Source: Candidatus Krumholzibacteriia bacterium (lineage in GTDB: Bacteria > Krumholzibacteriota > Krumholzibacteriia > WVZY01). Taken from it: DNA of 31,428 bases. Location of the stretch: NCBI GenBank assembly GCA_046754105.1, contig JBHHVD010000033.1, forward strand, positions 1 through 31,428, in the 5' to 3' direction. A model generated the notes under the pieces. The model worked only from the letters and a program-made list of their open reading frames with translations. It had not been told where the DNA came from and did no database searches. Every line of letters starts with the position of its first letter. The first letter of the stretch is position 1. This document shows positions 27,517-31,428 of the stretch, piece by piece. Both the position numbers and the translations under genes were made by a program.

Positions 27517-28650
27517 TCAGTCCCGTGCCATGATCGACTCCAGTTTGGCCGCCAGTTCCTCTGCGACCAGGCGGTGGCCCGCATAGTTCCAGTGTTGCCA
27601 GTGCAGGGGAATCCCCCGCCGCCGGTAATAAAGCTGGAACGGCTCCTGCAGGTCCAGGTAGTCGATGCGCAGCGAGTCGGAGAACTGGCGAAGGTCGCGG
27701 GCGAAATATCCCGCATCGAAGGTCGGATCGATCGCCGAGTACCGCGCCGCATCCTCCGTCTTGTAGACCCAGTCCGCGCACACGAGCATGAAGGCCATAC
27801 CCTGCCGGCGGCAGTAGCCCGCCATCTCTTCGATCAAGCGCTTGTTGAGCCGGTAGTTTCGCGCGTAGGTCTCCTCCGCACTCGCCGTACACAGGCTCAG
27901 CGCGCCGTCGATCCGGCCCGACGACCGGCCCCGCGCTTCGATCCTCGCCCGTCGCCGCGACCGGCGCAGCAGGTTGTAGCGCTCGTTCAGGAAAGACACC
28001 GTCAGCGAATGCTGCTTGAAACGGTTGATCGCCGCCTTGAGTTTGTACTCGCCGCTGTTCACGAAACTCGTATTCAGGCTCAGGTCGCCGTTCGCGGAAA
28101 GGTCGAAAAAGGGACGAAGCGCGCTGTCCGAGGTCTCCACGGTTACCTCGCTGACGTCGTTTACCGGCACGAAGAGCAGGACGACCAGGTCCGGCGCGTA
28201 GCCGGCGACCTCGTGCTCGAGCACGAGCAATTCCTCGGTCTGGGTCATCCCCGAGCGCCCGAAATTCAAGATTTCGGCCCTGCGGCCCGCGCCCCGGTTG
28301 AGCCGGTCCTCGACCAGTGCCGTAAACGTCGAATCCTGCTCGACCTGAATGGCCTCCACGAAGCTGTCACCGATCACGGCCACACGGAACACGCCGGGCG
28401 GCTTGGAAAGCGACCTGTCGCGGTCGCGCCACCCAAAGCGGTTTATGCGGCCGGTGATCGGATGGTCGTTCTCACGGTGATACCAGTATCCGCGGTTTGG
28501 CGTGAAGCGCCAGCCGAGAATCGGATCCGGTTCCGACCACGATTTCCGGGCACCGAACATGTGGGTAGTGCCGAGCAAGAGTTCGAGGAGCAGGATGAAC
28601 ACCGCAAACGAGAGCAGCGAAAAGAGCAGTTTCTTACCGGCGTCTCTGAT
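27517..28650 (-). CDS. Membrane-anchored SGNH/GDSL hydrolase family protein (possible polysaccharide O-acyl-modifying enzyme); start uncertain
   Basis: INRFGWRD, IGDSF, NFGRSG, VND, HWNYAGH. The hydrophobic anchor extends upstream of GTG 28602 to an ATC at 28650. Confidence 0.82.
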   Translation of the reverse strand: MRDAGKKLLFSLLSFAVFILLLELLLGTTHMFGARKSWSEPDPILGWRFTPNRGYWYHRENDHPITGRINRFGWRDRDRSLSKPPGVFRVAVIGDSFVEAIQVEQDSTFTALVEDRLNRGAGRRAEILNFGRSGMTQTEELLVLEHEVAGYAPDLVVLLFVPVNDVSEVTVETSDSALRPFFDLSANGDLSLNTSFVNSGEYKLKAAINRFKQHSLTVSFLNERYNLLRRSRRRARIEARGRSSGRIDGALSLCTASAEETYARNYRLNKRLIEEMAGYCRRQGMAFMLVCADWVYKTEDAARYSAIDPTFDAGYFARDLRQFSDSLRIDYLDLQEPFQLYYRRRGIPLHWQHWNYAGHRLVAEELAAKLESIMARD

Positions 28651-28665
28651 ACCTGCTCCCCCCGG

Positions 28666-29781
28666 TTAACCTTCCTGGGCGTCCTCGTCACCCAACATGG
28701 CCTTTGCGAGACACGCGAATACCTCGTCCACCGGGATCGCCTGCATGCAGTCGGCGCCTCCCTGTGCCAGGCATTTCATCCGTTGCGGCGAGGGCGGCGA
28801 AAACACACACGGGCTGCACGGAAACCGCTTGTCCACCGTTGTCGAGCGCCCCTTATCACCGATCGGGCCGTAATTCGCGGGGCTGGACGGGCCGAACAGG
28901 GCAACGACCGGCGTGCCCAGCGCGCGGGCCACGTGCAGCGTGCCGGTGTCTGGCGTAACCACCGCGCTCGCGCGGCCGATGAGAGCCGCCGTCGTTCGCA
29001 GGTCGGTATCGTTGACGATGATCCCGCCTGTCGACAGGCGCGCGACCCGGTCGACGGTCTCCCATTCGTTGGGACCGGCGTTGAAGATGACCTTGGCACC
29101 GAGCTTTTCGACCACCATATCGGCGAGGCCGGCTACCCGGTCCGGCGGCCAGGGACGCAGCAGCTCGTTCGGCCCGCACCCCGGCTGGATGAACACCACG
29201 CGATCGTCGCCGCCGACACCATGCGTGTCCAGAAACCGCCCCGCCGCCGCCGTATCATTCTCGGTCAAATGCAGCTCCATTTCCGTCGTCGCACTGCCGA
29301 CGCCGGCCATGAGTGGTGCCAGCACGTTCAAGTTATTGAGAATGGTGTGCAGGTCGTGATTCCACTTGTAGCGGTAGTTCAGGAGGGCGTTCATGCGCCC
29401 GGATATACCGATACGGTATTTCGCGCCGATCAACCAGGACAGCACGACGTACGACGACGTGGATTCCAGGACGACGGCGAGGTCGTATCGATGCCAAAGC
29501 CTGGCCACGATGCCGAGCCTTGCCAGCGCGGAAGCGCCCTTGTCATATACGATGACCTCTCCGATCGCCGGGTGGCACGCGAGCATGGCCCGGCCGTAGG
29601 GACCGGCCAGGACGTCCATGCGGGCTCCCGGATACCGGTCGGCGAGCCAGCGGACGACTGGAGTCATCATCAGCATGTCGCCGACGCGCCCGTCGCGAAT
29701 TATAAGGATGCGCCGCGGACTATTGATTCTCTTCGGCGGCGCCGGAGTGCGATCCTTGTTGCGAGCAAAGGCACCGCTCAT
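28666..29781 (-). CDS. Glycosyltransferase family 9 (heptosyltransferase-like)
   Basis: RILIIRDGRVGDMLM, RPWP, PDTGTLHVARALGTPVVALFGP, CSPC. ATG 29781 overlaps the GNAT stop (ATGA). Confidence 0.92.
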   Translation of the reverse strand: MSGAFARNKDRTPAPPKRINSPRRILIIRDGRVGDMLMMTPVVRWLADRYPGARMDVLAGPYGRAMLACHPAIGEVIVYDKGASALARLGIVARLWHRYDLAVVLESTSSYVVLSWLIGAKYRIGISGRMNALLNYRYKWNHDLHTILNNLNVLAPLMAGVGSATTEMELHLTENDTAAAGRFLDTHGVGGDDRVVFIQPGCGPNELLRPWPPDRVAGLADMVVEKLGAKVIFNAGPNEWETVDRVARLSTGGIIVNDTDLRTTAALIGRASAVVTPDTGTLHVARALGTPVVALFGPSSPANYGPIGDKGRSTTVDKRFPCSPCVFSPPSPQRMKCLAQGGADCMQAIPVDEVFACLAKAMLGDEDAQEG

Positions 29782-30194
29782 TCCTCCCCGCTTTCCGGGC
29801 GGAGAACCCACGCCTGCGGATGCCGCTCGAAGCCAAGACGCGGATAGTAATCCACGGCGGCCGGCGCCGAAAGCAGGATCAACGTGCACCTCGGCCCGAG
29901 GTTATCCCTCGTGAGACGTATCAGTTCACGACCGATCCCCCGCCGCTGAAAGGAGCGATCCACGGCCAGGTCCGACAGGTAGGCGGCGTAGGAGAAATCG
30001 GTCATCGACCGGGCGACCCCAATCAGCTGTCCACCGCGCCGGGCCGTCACGACCAGGTTGGCGTTGCGGACCATGTTCTCCATACACTCGCGATCGTCGA
30101 CGGGCCGGCGCTGTGCGAGGGCGGACGCCACGAGCACCACAATGAATTCATCGACGGTCACCGGTCCATTGACGGCGTATACGATGTTCGACAA
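29778..30194 (-). CDS. GNAT family N-acetyltransferase
   Basis: RRPVDD, TDFSYAAYLSDLAVD, QRRGIG, YYPRLGF. Probable start TTG 30194; the upstream part of the track ORF belongs to a gene remnant. Confidence 0.88.
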   Translation of the reverse strand: MSNIVYAVNGPVTVDEFIVVLVASALAQRRPVDDRECMENMVRNANLVVTARRGGQLIGVARSMTDFSYAAYLSDLAVDRSFQRRGIGRELIRLTRDNLGPRCTLILLSAPAAVDYYPRLGFERHPQAWVLRPESGEE

Positions 30195-30501
30195 GCCTCC
30201 CGCGCGTTTTTCTCTATTCAACTCCGCAGCCTCCCCTGGCGCTGGTGGCCTGTCCGATCGTTCTTCTCCCGCCGGTAGCCGCGCGACCAGGTAGATGAGT
30301 CGATAGTGCGTATCGCCGTCGGTGGAGTCGCGAACGACGTCGAAGTGGTAGAGCAAACCGGCGACGAGAGCGATGTCGTGTTTGCCGTACTTGTCCGCAG
30401 TGGCGTTGATCGCGTTGGCCAGAACAAACGTCGACCGCTCCAACCCGTAAACCGAAGGCACCGATCGTCCGGTTGATCCATTTCTTCAACTTCCTCTTCA
30501 C
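30195..30501 (-). pseudogene. Frameshifted, internally deleted class I SAM methyltransferase remnant
   Basis: AAGGA RBS + GTG 30501 gives VKRKLKKWINRTIGAFGLR; after a frameshift near 30445 comes TFVLANAINATADKYGKHDIALVAGLLYHFD (motif II/III-like); no motif I. Confidence 0.55.
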
Positions 30502-30600
30502 GGGGATCCTTCCGTAGTGTACGGCATCGATCGACGCACCGGGTCGCGGGCCGCAGCCTCGCAAAGGGGTTGGCAGCCGCGGTCGAACCCCGCATCGCGG

Positions 30601-31221
30601 TCAGCCCGTCTTGCGAAGGCACCAGGTGGTCATACAACGCTTGTCGTGTACGTTCGTCGTCTTTATCGGCTCGAGCAGATCCGCGCCCAGCCGCTTCGCG
30701 TGCCGCCGCAACATGGGTTCGTCTACCAGGAAGCGCTCGCTGCCGTCGGGCAGCCGGTAGCGCCTGCCGCCGATATGTTGCACGCGATCTTCCATGCCGA
30801 TCGTCGAGGCGAGCCGCGCAAAAAGCACCCCGTTGTTCTTCAAGACCCGCCACATCGAATCGAGCATGCGATCGAAGTGATCTTTGTCCGCGGCGAAATG
30901 GAGTACGGCCGTGCTGATTACTACGTCGAATCGCAGGTCTTCGAACGGGATCTCACCGACGTCCGCCACCCTGAAATTGCCGGCGGGCAGGCGCGGCGCG
31001 ATTCGCGCCGCCATCGCCCGCACACTCCCGACCACCCGCTCGTCACCGTCGATTGCAAACACCTCGAATCCGCTTCGCATGAAATAGACGAGATTACGCC
31101 CGTCACCACAACCCGCGTCGAGTATGGTCGCGCTCTCGTCGAAACGGCCCTTGAGGAGCTGGTCGAAGAGATAAATATCGATTCCGCCGAACCATTCCCT
31201 CAGGTTCAGCCGTTCAGCCAT
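30601..31221 (-). CDS. Class I SAM-dependent methyltransferase
   Basis: ILDAGCGDGRN, FAID, FDVVISTAVLHF, LKNNGVLF; GGAGG RBS. Confidence 0.92.
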   Translation of the reverse strand: MAERLNLREWFGGIDIYLFDQLLKGRFDESATILDAGCGDGRNLVYFMRSGFEVFAIDGDERVVGSVRAMAARIAPRLPAGNFRVADVGEIPFEDLRFDVVISTAVLHFAADKDHFDRMLDSMWRVLKNNGVLFARLASTIGMEDRVQHIGGRRYRLPDGSERFLVDEPMLRRHAKRLGADLLEPIKTTNVHDKRCMTTWCLRKTG

Positions 31222-31286
31222 AAAGACCTCCGGAGGGCAGGGGGCCGTCAGCGTGTACCTTTGTCCGGATCTCCATTACCCGATAC

Positions 31287-31314
31287 AGTGTAGCACCCAC
31301 GGCGGACAGGACAA
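31287..31314 (-). promoter_or_regulatory. Putative extended -10 promoter for the methyltransferase
   Basis: TTGTCC (31314-31309), 16 nt spacer, TACACT (31292-31287) preceded by TGC. Confidence 0.55.
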
Positions 31315-31316
31315 GG

Positions 31317-31428
31317 TCAACGGGGGTTCAGTATGGAATTGGCGCTCGTTGCGGCGCTGCCAAGCGCGTCGAGAGAGACATCGGCGCCGCGTCCGGTCAC
31401 GTCGTGGATCCTTTCTACGACGTCTTCT
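31317..31428 (-). pseudogene. Zinc-dependent alcohol dehydrogenase (MDR) fragment, prematurely terminated; 5' part outside the window
   Basis: Hand translation from 31427: EDVVERIHDVTGRGADVSLDALGSAATSANSILNPR*. This matches the MDR Rossmann segment, which normally continues for about 80-90 aa. Confidence 0.7.

Noticed and set aside
27310..29847. 845-aa plus-strand ORF
   Set aside because: Antisense shadow of SGNH and GT9; Arg/Pro-rich with no motifs, as expected at high GC.
1..31428. tRNA, rRNA, CRISPR array, IS/integrase, clear intrinsic terminators
   Set aside because: None seen by eye; intergenic gaps are short and hairpins lack U-tracts. A covariance-model search was not possible.

Overview
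GC-rich diderm bacterial chromosomal DNA, densely coding, with no rRNA, tRNA, CRISPR array or mobile element that I could see. FlgD-Ig/CTD-like domains plus a PorV/UPF0164-type barrel suggest an FCB-superphylum relative such as Krumholzibacteriota, Latescibacterota or Eisenbacteria (inference). The left ~18.7 kb is a cell-surface glycan region: two O-antigen ligase/Wzy-like proteins, Wzz/GumC, GT2, GT4, three GT-C-like membrane proteins, a lipid kinase and a standalone 14-blade beta-propeller. It also holds an apparent operon EamA - cobB - multi-Ig/CTD-like secreted protein - PorV-like barrel - O-antigen ligase. The middle has an OmpA lipoprotein, pruA, a thioesterase and an apparent operon nadE - ClC/CBS - eIF2B-like - archease - acyP. 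The right end is a partly decayed minus-strand cluster: truncated Zn-ADH, methyltransferase, methyltransferase remnant, GNAT, GT9 and SGNH. Best candidates for new biology: (1) a T9SS-like cargo/barrel/glycan-ligase module; (2) a bacterial eIF2B-like protein lacking the isomerase Cys, coupled to an archease whose stop codon appears lost. All family calls come from reading motifs by eye, not from database searches.
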